DNA of 64,000 nt from an uncultured Dehalococcoidales bacterium. GTDB taxonomy: Bacteria > Chloroflexota > Dehalococcoidia > GIF9 > AB-539-J10. The stretch is taken from assembly GCA_964654015.1 (NCBI GenBank), contig CAZZHQ010000001.1:6455-70454 (forward strand). The letters are read 5' to 3'. A program made the position numbers and the translations under genes. The notes below the pieces were generated by a model that did not search any database, was not told the origin of the DNA, and saw nothing but the letters and a program-made list of their open reading frames with translations. Shown piece by piece: positions 18,947 through 28,626 of the stretch (the stretch's first letter is position 1; every line of letters begins with the position of its first letter).

Positions 18947-20065
18947 TTAGATCATTATTGGTAGTGAACCATATTTTTCTATAAGCTCAGCAATTCGACT
19001 AACTCGTTTTAGCGTCCCGTCAAAGGGCAGATTATCCCCCATACCTGCTACAAAATGATCCCCAGGAGCTATTTCTTTGAGCATATTTATTACATAATTA
19101 TCAAACTCCTCATCACTGTAAGTAGGCTCAAAAAGCGTAGAGGGGATTCCCCCCCATATCGTAGCTTTATCTCCCAGTGCTTTCCTCAACTCCGCAGTGG
19201 TAACCTGCGTCATAGGATGGGGAGTCCAAGCCTCAAAAACGTCTATGTTAGTATCTAATAAAAACGGAATCAGCCTTTTATTTTCACCATCTATATGGCT
19301 AACGGCAAACCTTCCATGGGCATGAAGAAACTCTGTTATTTCCTGAAACCAGGGAATAAAATATTTCTTGAACACAGGGGTATGTATATCATCACTCCAA
19401 TTTCCGCATACTCGAATAAGTTCCAAGTCAGTAGTATCCACTATCAGCTTATACTGCTTCCTTCGTAGAACAGCTACCAACTCAATAAGCTCTTCGACCT
19501 CTTCAGGATGATCCTTCAGTTCATAGAAGAAGCGTTCATAACCCATTAATACTCTCATGACATACTGCGTCGGACAATATCGCGTTGCTGCCAGCATCAT
19601 TCCGTCCTCGCCAATCTCATCACGTGCTTTTGCATATTGTTCAGGATTACTTACGGGCACAGTATTCGCTATTAAGTATTTAATCGCGGGATAATCTTCC
19701 CTGGTCTTAAAGAATTTTTCCGTTTCATACCCTACGTGAGCTCCTTCATAATTATTCAATACTACTTTCCTTTGAATAGCGCCTACCGGAGTAATAAACT
19801 TCGTTGTTGTACAAGGACCATCTACTTCCTCAATCACCTCTATCCCCTGATATCTCTCTTTAAGTACATGATGAAAGAGATGTTCAAAACCCACACCTAA
19901 ATCCTTGAGAATTTCTACTTCACTCCACCCTCTATATTTCTCAGGTAAAGTGCCATGGGCTGTATTGTAGTTATACCACAGGTCTATTCGGACTCCAAGA
20001 GGAACCTTACTCAAACGTTCACCCCTGATTGTTGCCAACAACTCCTGTTTGTGAGTTATCGCCAT
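18947..20065 (-). CDS. uroporphyrinogen decarboxylase (URO-D) family protein, putative methyltransferase
   Basis: 372 aa with UroD/MtaA-like length and C-terminal pattern (FEAWTP, GDNLP). Adjacent to the corrinoid protein. Confidence 0.6.
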   Translation of the reverse strand: MAITHKQELLATIRGERLSKVPLGVRIDLWYNYNTAHGTLPEKYRGWSEVEILKDLGVGFEHLFHHVLKERYQGIEVIEEVDGPCTTTKFITPVGAIQRKVVLNNYEGAHVGYETEKFFKTREDYPAIKYLIANTVPVSNPEQYAKARDEIGEDGMMLAATRYCPTQYVMRVLMGYERFFYELKDHPEEVEELIELVAVLRRKQYKLIVDTTDLELIRVCGNWSDDIHTPVFKKYFIPWFQEITEFLHAHGRFAVSHIDGENKRLIPFLLDTNIDVFEAWTPHPMTQVTTAELRKALGDKATIWGGIPSTLFEPTYSDEEFDNYVINMLKEIAPGDHFVAGMGDNLPFDGTLKRVSRIAELIEKYGSLPIMI

Positions 20066-20178
20066 TCTCTAATTACTTCCTCCCTTTCATTAGCTCTTTA
20101 CACATATAAATCGTTTCACTTGCATAATGCGCATAGGTAGCTGTAGGCTCCATTCTGTCCAATATTTTAATTCCAACT

Positions 20179-20814
20179 TTAACCGCTGATTAAAAACATA
20201 GCTTTTTTAACAGCCTCAACAGCATCTTTGGCATAGGCATCAGCTCCAACCTTGTCAGCAAATTCCTGTGTTACCGGTGCACCACCAATCATTACCTTCA
20301 CCTTGTCCCTTAACCCCTCGGCTTTGAGTGCGTTTAGAACCTCAGATACCATTGGCATCGTAAATGTCAGTAATGTCGATAACCCAAGTATATCGTAGTC
20401 CCCCTCTTTGACTGCCTTACAGAATTTTTCCTCCGGTACATCAATCCCCAGGTCTGTTACCTCCCATCCATTCTGCTCTAACATCATTATCACTATGTTC
20501 TTGCCTATATCATGCGCATCTCCAGGCACCGTCCCTATTAAATACTTGCCAACGGTTACTCCCTTCGCCTTAGACAACTCAGGTTTCAATAAAGCTACCG
20601 CTGTTTTCATGGCATTGGCCGCCATTAATAACTCAGGAAAAAACACATCCCCCTTCTCAAATTGCTCGCCTATTATCTCCATGCTGGGTAAAAGCCACGA
20701 GCCCAGTATCTCCTTAGCTGGTATCTTCTCCGTCATCGCTTCCTTCGTCAGCTTCACTGCATTCTTACTATCTCCAGCTACTACTGCTTCTGTCAATTTG
20801 TTGAAATCAGTCAT
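20179..20814 (-). CDS. corrinoid (cobalamin-binding) protein of a methyltransferase system
   Basis: 211 aa with an N-terminal helical cap plus a B12-binding Rossmann domain. Carries the DxHxxG motif (GDAHDIGKN), STLLT and IGGAPV. Confidence 0.85.
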   Translation of the reverse strand: MTDFNKLTEAVVAGDSKNAVKLTKEAMTEKIPAKEILGSWLLPSMEIIGEQFEKGDVFFPELLMAANAMKTAVALLKPELSKAKGVTVGKYLIGTVPGDAHDIGKNIVIMMLEQNGWEVTDLGIDVPEEKFCKAVKEGDYDILGLSTLLTFTMPMVSEVLNALKAEGLRDKVKVMIGGAPVTQEFADKVGADAYAKDAVEAVKKAMFLISG

Positions 20815-20943
20815 AATTGCTCCTCAACTAAAAATCATATTCGTCCCTTAAAACTTACCACCCTGCTGAATTTCTCATGATGCAGCATACCACCCTTGCT
20901 TAATAACCCACTGTAACTCCGTGTTTTTCATATAAAGAAAGCG

Positions 20944-22023
20944 TTACTTCCTTAGGTTTTCGTTATCCACCCTAGTATGTAATATGCTCCCTGGGAAATC
21001 CGAGATACAACTTTCAAGTGACTCAGACAATTTACCTTTTACCGAACGAATGATTAGAGGTCTCATAGAATTAATTTCCACAAAGGTCTCCATCAACTCA
21101 TCAATGCCAGGACCCATTGGATCCAGGGTAATCTGTAAAGCCTTAATTGTACTCTTCGTTGATATACTCCTCCAGTCATAGACACTAGCAACATAGCCTG
21201 AGTGCATATGAATAGAAGAATACTCAAAGGCATTAGCTATCCGTACATCATAGGGAACCAGGAACTTAGTATATAATTTGGGAGATAGCAGAGAAGCAAT
21301 ATCCTCCTGTGATCTACCTGTTAGTTCTGGAGCCCAAATTCCATAAGCATTGCAGTAGCCTCCTGCAAATTGGCCGGCATATTGGTGGTGCATTTCTACA
21401 GTCTTAATAAATATTCTACTACATAGATCGAGCAATTCATTTAGAAAACCACTGTCCGTTGGATTTAGCATACGAGTCACGAGATTTTCATATCCAATCA
21501 GAGCACCCAGCATATCTCCAGGGCCACGTAACAAGGTTTGGCTTATAGGATAGTTACCATGCAATCCCTTAAGTACTGCTTCTATTCCATTACTTAGTTT
21601 CTGAAACCACACATTTTTATCCAGTTTTTCTAGAATATCTCGAAGATGCTGCGGTAAATTTTTGAAATCAACATCAGGGGGATAAGCAACCATACTAGCC
21701 CCTCTGCCTAATGAAAATAACTTACAGCCGATGATCCCTTCCATCCAAGGAACAACATAGGCAAATTGCACAAATTCAAAGACATCGCCATTTATAATAG
21801 GTCGTCCTTGAAAAGCCTTAACGTAGGCTTCAGCTAGCCAATTAATATCCAGCATTTCAGGAGTGAAAGTACCCTTGATATTTTCATCGTAAACATGTTT
21901 TCTAAAAGGCTCACGACCAAAATCCAAGCTGCTGCGCAGTACTAATCCAGGTTTGTTATCCCAAAACTCACGGTGCGATTGTATTAATTGCTTTTCTTTT
22001 TCCATTTCTTTTTCCTCTGACAT
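20944..22023 (-). CDS. hypothetical protein, possibly a second URO-D-fold methyltransferase
   Basis: 359 aa. Weak resemblance only (VPWMEGIIGC, HMHSG); placed directly upstream of the corrinoid protein. Confidence 0.35.
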   Translation of the reverse strand: MSEEKEMEKEKQLIQSHREFWDNKPGLVLRSSLDFGREPFRKHVYDENIKGTFTPEMLDINWLAEAYVKAFQGRPIINGDVFEFVQFAYVVPWMEGIIGCKLFSLGRGASMVAYPPDVDFKNLPQHLRDILEKLDKNVWFQKLSNGIEAVLKGLHGNYPISQTLLRGPGDMLGALIGYENLVTRMLNPTDSGFLNELLDLCSRIFIKTVEMHHQYAGQFAGGYCNAYGIWAPELTGRSQEDIASLLSPKLYTKFLVPYDVRIANAFEYSSIHMHSGYVASVYDWRSISTKSTIKALQITLDPMGPGIDELMETFVEINSMRPLIIRSVKGKLSESLESCISDFPGSILHTRVDNENLRK

Positions 22024-22036
22024 ACCACTTCAATTG

Positions 22037-23308
22037 TCACGAAGTAATATCTTTATAGTTTGACGGGAAGTATTGAAGAGTAGCATCTTTAATAATCGCT
22101 ACACGGGCTTTATCTGGATAGAGCTTTTGTAAGAAAGTCATTACCTCTGACCAAGTCTGGCACCATGTAATCTTCTGGTAAGGAGCAAACCAATCTGCGT
22201 CAGACATGCTTACATAAGGGCTTAAGGTAAAGAAATGACTAATATTGTGCGGAAGCTCTGTCTTAGGCTTAAAAAGTCTACCTCCAATAGTATGCCCAAA
22301 GCTGCGTATCAAATAGTGCGTTACTTGCCCTTCAGGAAAGATTGAAATAAGAACTATAGTGGAGCCAGGTTTAGTTGCCAGTTTCAGGGAAGTGCCAATA
22401 GCTTTAGCTGCTTCACTGGCTTCTGAATAGGCATTAGCGATAATGATATCAGGGTTTTCCATACTAGGGGTTGCATAGTGTTTTTTTGCCATGGTGTTCA
22501 CAGCGTGGCGGTGTTCTAAAATCGGATCACCAACAAATAGGGCCGTTGTATCTCTGTTACTATTAGTAATCGCATCAACTTTTATCTGCAAACCTGACAT
22601 CTTAGCAATTTCTTCGATCTGTGGTCTAAGAAGACTTTCCTCATACCTACCTGGCTCCATTGTAGGGTCGATGGCGTTACCAGTGAAGTATTGCTTAACT
22701 ACATTATGAGTACCTTCGATAGTATCAATATGCGCAATACCTGGAGCAACTATTTTTCCACCTCCTCCAAAGCCATTAACACGATGCGGAACAATACACC
22801 CGATACCTATTTTGACATCACTATCAATAAAATCTGAATTGATAGATACAGGTATTTGCTTGCTTGTATGACCAAGGAATGTGCAATTTTCATAGGGGTT
22901 ATGATTATAGACACAGAATTTTTCTGTTATTCCTTCCCCTAATTTTTTCCTAAATGCTATCAAATTCATAACACCATGTGCTCCTATAGCACTGATGAAA
23001 CGGATCTTGTTATCAGGGATACCTCCTTCACGAAGTTCCTCAATTACGAAAGGAAGAATTCCGTAAATTTTAGTTGGCCGGGTAAGATCGTCAAATATTA
23101 TGACTGCGTCTTTTTTGCCTTTAGCAACATCACAAATCCTTTCACTTCCAATAGGATTTGAGAATGACTTTTTAATCTGCTCTTCGCTGATAGCAAGAGC
23201 ATCGTCACCATACATCTTGAGCAGGTTCACTTCCCATGAATCCGGGAAATCGAGCTCTATATCTATATCACCATACCACGGCATCTGAGGCAGTTTTACA
23301 ATTGACAT
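22037..23308 (-). CDS. LarA-like (lactate racemase N-terminal domain, DUF2088) protein
   Basis: 423 aa. N-terminal pattern (IIFDDLTRPTK ... AIGAHG) resembles the LarA family. Called from memory. Confidence 0.55.
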   Translation of the reverse strand: MSIVKLPQMPWYGDIDIELDFPDSWEVNLLKMYGDDALAISEEQIKKSFSNPIGSERICDVAKGKKDAVIIFDDLTRPTKIYGILPFVIEELREGGIPDNKIRFISAIGAHGVMNLIAFRKKLGEGITEKFCVYNHNPYENCTFLGHTSKQIPVSINSDFIDSDVKIGIGCIVPHRVNGFGGGGKIVAPGIAHIDTIEGTHNVVKQYFTGNAIDPTMEPGRYEESLLRPQIEEIAKMSGLQIKVDAITNSNRDTTALFVGDPILEHRHAVNTMAKKHYATPSMENPDIIIANAYSEASEAAKAIGTSLKLATKPGSTIVLISIFPEGQVTHYLIRSFGHTIGGRLFKPKTELPHNISHFFTLSPYVSMSDADWFAPYQKITWCQTWSEVMTFLQKLYPDKARVAIIKDATLQYFPSNYKDITS

Positions 23309-23383
23309 TATCTACTCCTTAAGACTATATCAATCCCCTACGATCGCTACTAATTTCAACTTAATAATTAAATAGGCAAGGGA

Positions 23384-24709
23384 TCATCTACTAAATAAAA
23401 GGTCAGGAATGAATGTCACAATTGAAGGAAAAAGCATTACAATAATGAGTCCAATCAACTGTAATAGTACAAAAGGAGCAACGCTGCCATAGATGTCCCT
23501 CATGCTAATTTCTTTAGGAGCTACACCCCTAATATAAAACAAATTCAAACCAAACGGTGGTGTTAGTAACCCCATTTCCATGTTAACAATGAATAAAACT
23601 CCAAACCAAACAGGGTCAAACCCCAACATTTTAATAATAGGGAGAAATATAGGTACAGTGATGAAAATAATACCATTAGTTTCCATTATCATCCCGAGGA
23701 GAATAAGTAGGACCTGAATTGCAATTAATACTGTCCAAGGACTGGTATTATGAGATTGAATCAAATCTTGAAGAAATTGAAGCCCACCGATAGCACTATA
23801 GAGTGATGATAGCCAGGCAGCACAGGTTGCTATCCAAAGTACCATTGCCGTAAGACGTAGCGTCTCTCGACCGCACTTTTTAATAAGTTCCAAATTAAAT
23901 GACCGATTAATCATAGAACAGATTATAGCGCCGAGTGCACCTACACCTGCTGCTTCTGTAGGGGTTGCAATCCCACTAAAAATTGAGCCAAGTACTGCCA
24001 TAATAAGGAAAATTGGCAATATTAGAGATCGAAGCTGTGGCAATATTTTCTTTATGGGCTTTTGTTCTTCTGCCGGAATTGCAGGGCCAATATTTGGCTG
24101 GAAGTGGCATCTAATTAAAACGTAAGCTATAAAAAGTAACCCTAACAAGATGCCAGGCAATATTCCTCCTGCAAACAGTCTGCCAACAGAGACACCTGCC
24201 AGAACACCATAGATAATCATAGTTACACTGGGAGGGATAAGTATTCCTAAAGCTCCACCAGCACATATGCAACCTATTGCAATACTTTTATCGTAGTTTC
24301 GCTTTAACATGGATGGCAAAGCAATAAGCCCCATACTGACAGTGGCGGCTCCGCTTATGCCTGCCATTGCCGCAAAAATCATGCAAATAAAAACAGTTCC
24401 TGCTGCTAGACCTCCTCTCACTCTTCCCATAACGTTGTATATTAAATCGTACATGGCGTCTGCAATACCGCTGTTTTGTAAGAAATTAGCCATTAAGTAA
24501 AAGAGTGGAAGAGCAAGCAATACTGTACTACGCATGGTACCCAGCGTTTGAGTTGCAACTATGTTGAGCCCATTTGGCCCCCACAGTAAAAAAGTAAAAA
24601 TAAGTGCTACAGAACCGATAGCAAATGCAAAAGGAACACCCAGTGCTAGCAGTAACATTAATGAGCCAAAAATAAGCAGGGTGGCGAGTCCTATACTAAT
24701 TTCAAGCAT
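23384..24709 (-). CDS. dctM: TRAP transporter large permease
   Basis: 441 aa, highly hydrophobic with about 12 TM helices. Overlaps the small permease gene by 8 nt. Confidence 0.85.
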   Translation of the reverse strand: MLEISIGLATLLIFGSLMLLLALGVPFAFAIGSVALIFTFLLWGPNGLNIVATQTLGTMRSTVLLALPLFYLMANFLQNSGIADAMYDLIYNVMGRVRGGLAAGTVFICMIFAAMAGISGAATVSMGLIALPSMLKRNYDKSIAIGCICAGGALGILIPPSVTMIIYGVLAGVSVGRLFAGGILPGILLGLLFIAYVLIRCHFQPNIGPAIPAEEQKPIKKILPQLRSLILPIFLIMAVLGSIFSGIATPTEAAGVGALGAIICSMINRSFNLELIKKCGRETLRLTAMVLWIATCAAWLSSLYSAIGGLQFLQDLIQSHNTSPWTVLIAIQVLLILLGMIMETNGIIFITVPIFLPIIKMLGFDPVWFGVLFIVNMEMGLLTPPFGLNLFYIRGVAPKEISMRDIYGSVAPFVLLQLIGLIIVMLFPSIVTFIPDLLFSR

Positions 24710-25217
24710 TTAATGTTCTCCCGGTTATTGCGGCGTATAGATCACGCAAGAATTTGGCAAAGGCTTGAATCAGTAACATTATCGCTGCTAGCGGGATAAT
24801 GCCTCTCAAAGGGTATAATGGAGGACCAAATACAGTATTAGTATGCTCTAATTTTGCGAACGAATAGAGGAAGGCATTACCACCTTTCCAGATCATGATG
24901 ATACAAATAATAAGAGGACATATAAATAATATGGTATCGATTATGCTTTTCGCTCTAAAAGGAAGCCGTTCATGCAATATATCGACGTTAACCATAGAAC
25001 CACGCCATAAACAGTAAGCTCCTCCAAGCATAAACTGGGCACCGAAAATAAAGGTGCTCAACTCATGTGCCCAGTTAGTAGGATTATTAAAAAGGTATCT
25101 AACTAATACCTCATAGATGAGTATTCCCATATAGATGAAAGCAAGTGGAGCGATCACCTGACCGCTCCACTTGCTAATGTTGTCAATAACCCTTATTAAA
25201 CCTTTAAGCCCTTTCAC
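24702..25217 (-). CDS. dctQ: TRAP transporter small permease
   Basis: 171 aa, 4 TM helices, positioned between the DctP-like and DctM-like genes. Confidence 0.8.
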   Translation of the reverse strand: MKGLKGLIRVIDNISKWSGQVIAPLAFIYMGILIYEVLVRYLFNNPTNWAHELSTFIFGAQFMLGGAYCLWRGSMVNVDILHERLPFRAKSIIDTILFICPLIICIIMIWKGGNAFLYSFAKLEHTNTVFGPPLYPLRGIIPLAAIMLLIQAFAKFLRDLYAAITGRTLNA

Positions 25218-25233
25218 TAACTTCCTTACCTAA

Positions 25234-26358
25234 TTAATCAATTTTATAATCAGTGTACCCTTTGAACCTAAGATAATCGGTAATTAATTTCATGGCTTCT
25301 TTAGATCGTGGTGATTTCACAGCTATTGAATCCCAAACAGCCTCAGCCGCGGCTACCATCTGTGGATAGTCATCATCGGTTATGTAGGTACATTCAAGCC
25401 CCTCTTCCTTCATCTTTTCAACAGCGCTAACACTACCATATATATCAATTAAGTAGTTTTGTGTCATTAGATAATTTGTCGTGCAACTATGAACAATACC
25501 TTGAATATCTGGTGGTAATTTATCCCACGCTTCCTGATTGACAAAAGTATCATATGAGAGCATCGCGTCCAAAAGCCCCGGATACACAAGATATGGTGCA
25601 ACTTCATACCACTGATGTTCGTATAGGGTTTGCTCAGAACCCCACGTAGCAGCATCTGCGGTACCAGTTGCTAGTCCTGTATAAACTTCGCCACCGGGTA
25701 TATAGAGAGTAGAGGCTCCTAACTGTTCAACAAATTGTGCATAGGTAGTGTGTGTACGAATCTTCAACTTGGAAAGATCTTCTACGCTGTAAACTGGTTT
25801 GGTAGAGATCAAAAATACACCTCGGCACGCAGCTAAATCAAGTAGATGAAGACCATTTTGTGCATAACTCTCTGTATAAAAGTCCTTTAGACCGTAATTA
25901 TAATAGACTAATAATAAATCTGTTAAATTACGATATGCAAGCGGAGGATTTGCGGCTTCAATTTCAGGAATTGTGTCACGGTGGTAACCTGGAGAGCTAA
26001 TCCCCATTTCAAACTGCCCTTGAATTGCTGCATCAAACGTGTCTAAATCAGGGCAGAGAGCTCCTGGCGCATAAAGTTCAATCTCTAAACGGCCATCAGA
26101 TAGACGTTCAATCTCCCTAAGCATTGCCTCATGAAGATTATAAGATTCACTGGCAGGGGGGCTAATGTCTTGACATCTCCATTTAATTACCTCTTGCTCT
26201 GGCGCAGGAGTTGGTACTTGAGTTGGTGCTGCGGTTGGCGCTGTAGTTGGCGCTGTAGTTGGCGCTGGTGTTGGCGCTGGTGCTGCTTTGGGAGCACAGC
26301 CAGCAACAAGCAAGGCAAAAATGGTAATTGCTATTACTATTGCTAACCTGAATTTCAT
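25234..26358 (-). CDS. dctP: TRAP transporter substrate-binding lipoprotein
   Basis: Lipobox LVAGC, an Ala/Pro/Thr linker, then a ~320-aa periplasmic binding domain. First gene of the operon. Confidence 0.75.
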   Translation of the reverse strand: MKFRLAIVIAITIFALLVAGCAPKAAPAPTPAPTTAPTTAPTAAPTQVPTPAPEQEVIKWRCQDISPPASESYNLHEAMLREIERLSDGRLEIELYAPGALCPDLDTFDAAIQGQFEMGISSPGYHRDTIPEIEAANPPLAYRNLTDLLLVYYNYGLKDFYTESYAQNGLHLLDLAACRGVFLISTKPVYSVEDLSKLKIRTHTTYAQFVEQLGASTLYIPGGEVYTGLATGTADAATWGSEQTLYEHQWYEVAPYLVYPGLLDAMLSYDTFVNQEAWDKLPPDIQGIVHSCTTNYLMTQNYLIDIYGSVSAVEKMKEEGLECTYITDDDYPQMVAAAEAVWDSIAVKSPRSKEAMKLITDYLRFKGYTDYKID

Positions 26359-26649
26359 CGTTTCCTTTACCTCCTTAATAATTATTCACATTACCCAATC
26401 CAAGTATATCCTTCACATATACTTCACCTCCATTTATATAATAAGAGAGTTCAGAAAACAGAATTATGACAGATGATATTAATTGTTAAATAGTTGCATA
26501 TAGTGAAACTATTATTTATAATAATGAAACACATCATGAAAGTTTAACATTAATTATGATTTTGTCAAGGAGAATATGTAAAAATATTATATATTCTATT
26601 CAGTGTAGTGTGATAGTCTACGGTATTAATTAGATGTCAAAAGGGAGAT
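26359..26649. promoter_or_regulatory. AT-rich divergent promoter region between the TRAP operon and iclR
   Basis: 291 bp non-coding between divergent starts. Repeated (G/A)TGAAAC half-sites at 26503-26510, 26524-26530 and ATGAAAGTTT at about 26537-26546. Confidence 0.4.
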
Positions 26650-27414
26650 ATGATTAGTAATTTAAATAGCAAACCTAAATTAGTCAATTCTATAAGTGCA
26701 AGTGCTGAAATCCTGCAGATCCTTAAAGGTGGGTTTTGCAGAATTTCAGATATTTCGATTGAGCTTGGCATACATAAGTCAACAATCCATAGAATACTGA
26801 AATCATTGGTATTTGTCGGTCTAGTACAACAGGATCTAGTAACTAAGAAATATGGATTAGGGTATCTGGTTTTTAACTTGGCTTCTAATCCTATGATAGC
26901 TCACCAAAGGTTAGTAATGTGTGCATATGAGGAAATGAAAAGACTAAGGGATTTGAGCAATGAAACTGTTGCGCTTCATGTCCGCGTTGGGGTAGAGAGA
27001 ATGTGTCTAGAAGAAATACCTAGCCTTCAGACTCTGAAATATGAGATCGGGAAAGGTTCGATATCCCCTATTTATTTGGGATCACTAGGTAAAGCCATTC
27101 TTTCAGAATTAACTGAAGAAGAGTTAAGAATCGTTCTAAATAACATTAAGCTAGTACCATTTACAAAAGCAACTATTACTTCTAAGAAGGATTTAATTGA
27201 GGAAGTTAATAAATCAAAGATAGCAGGCTATGCATTGAGTTTTGGTGAGCGCTTTCCTCATAGTGCCTCTATTGCGGTACCTGTTAAGAACTACATGCAG
27301 GAAGCCGCAATCAGCATTTGTGGCCCTGATAATCGTTTATTGGATCCTGTCATGTACGCAAAAGAAATGATAATTACTGCAAGTAAGATAATGGAGAAGT
27401 ATACAAGAAACTGA
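26650..27414 (+). CDS. IclR family transcriptional regulator
   Basis: N-terminal wHTH (ISDISIELGIHKSTIHRILKSL) plus a C-terminal IclR effector domain. 254 aa. Confidence 0.85.
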   Translation: MISNLNSKPKLVNSISASAEILQILKGGFCRISDISIELGIHKSTIHRILKSLVFVGLVQQDLVTKKYGLGYLVFNLASNPMIAHQRLVMCAYEEMKRLRDLSNETVALHVRVGVERMCLEEIPSLQTLKYEIGKGSISPIYLGSLGKAILSELTEEELRIVLNNIKLVPFTKATITSKKDLIEEVNKSKIAGYALSFGERFPHSASIAVPVKNYMQEAAISICGPDNRLLDPVMYAKEMIITASKIMEKYTRN

Positions 27415-27630
27415 AGGTAGCCGACAACTACTATCGAATGAAGCTATTCTACATCATAAACCTCTTCAATCAAAGAGGGGAGTTTATTCATTAGATTGGG
27501 CTTATCCCTTGATTATTCCCTGCATTTCCTTATATCATGTGCCATCATACTTTACAGATAAACTTTCGAGAGATGTTTGCCCATAACCAGGGAGTAATCC
27601 CTGCTAACAGGGAAAAGGAGGAAGGAAAAT

Positions 27631-28572
27631 ATGATATACGGTGAAGGTAAATATAGATACGAGCTAGTAGAGGGATGGGGGAAGTATCCCGAAGGGTGGG
27701 AATATATTGATGTGGCCGGAATTTCCGTCGATGGGCAAGACAGGGTATACGTATTGAACAGGGGAGCTCATCCAATTATGGTCTTCGATCGCAATGGCAC
27801 ACTTGTCGACTCATGGGGAGAGGAATTCTTCGGCAGGGCTCATGGCAGTTGTACCGGGCCTGATGGCTCAATTTACTGTACGGACGACATTGATCACACA
27901 GTATCTAAATTCACCCCGGAAGGAAAACTGCTGATGATGTTAGGAGAGAAAGGGGTACCTTCTAATTCCGGGTACGTGAAAAAACCGGACCTATTTGAGA
28001 GCCTGGCCACTATACAACAGGGAGCTCCTCCATTCAACCGTCCGACAGGTGTAAGCCTTTCTTCCACCGGTGATATCTTTATAACGGATGGTTATGGTAA
28101 CGCACGGGTACACAAATTCAGCCCTGATGGCAATTTGTTGCTTTCCTGGGGAGAGCCTGGCACCGCACTCGGTCAATTTGTGCTTCCCCATAATCTCTGG
28201 GTAGATAGAAAGGACAGAGTATGGGTTGCTGATCGAGAAAACAGACGAATCCAGATTTTCGACCTACAGGGTAATTTTCTTACCCAGTGGACGAATCTCG
28301 GACGTCCAACTGACGTGATAATTGATGATGATGACATTGTATATGTCTCTGAACTAGAGCAGACGGTAAGCATATTTACCATGGAAGGTAAATTGCTGAC
28401 ACGCTGGGGAAGTCCAGGCGAAACGAACCCTGAGGCGTTGTTCGATGCCCCTCACGCTTTAGCAATTGACTCGCATGGTGACATCTACGTTGGGGAGGTC
28501 AGCTTCACACATGGCAAGCATAATAAAGGGCCCAAGACCATACAAAAGTTTGCCAGGATAACTCAGGCCTGA
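27631..28572 (+). CDS. NHL-repeat beta-propeller protein
   Basis: Six repeats of the (V/I)Y(V/C)xD type (VYVLNRG, IYCTDD, IFITDGYGN, VWVADRENRRIQIFD, VYVSE, IYVGE). Strong GGAGGAAGG SD. Confidence 0.75.
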   Translation: MIYGEGKYRYELVEGWGKYPEGWEYIDVAGISVDGQDRVYVLNRGAHPIMVFDRNGTLVDSWGEEFFGRAHGSCTGPDGSIYCTDDIDHTVSKFTPEGKLLMMLGEKGVPSNSGYVKKPDLFESLATIQQGAPPFNRPTGVSLSSTGDIFITDGYGNARVHKFSPDGNLLLSWGEPGTALGQFVLPHNLWVDRKDRVWVADRENRRIQIFDLQGNFLTQWTNLGRPTDVIIDDDDIVYVSELEQTVSIFTMEGKLLTRWGSPGETNPEALFDAPHALAIDSHGDIYVGEVSFTHGKHNKGPKTIQKFARITQA

Positions 28573-28626
28573 TAGAAGCGGCTGACTAACTCACGAACAG
28601 AATATGGGATAGCTGGCAACGGAGGT

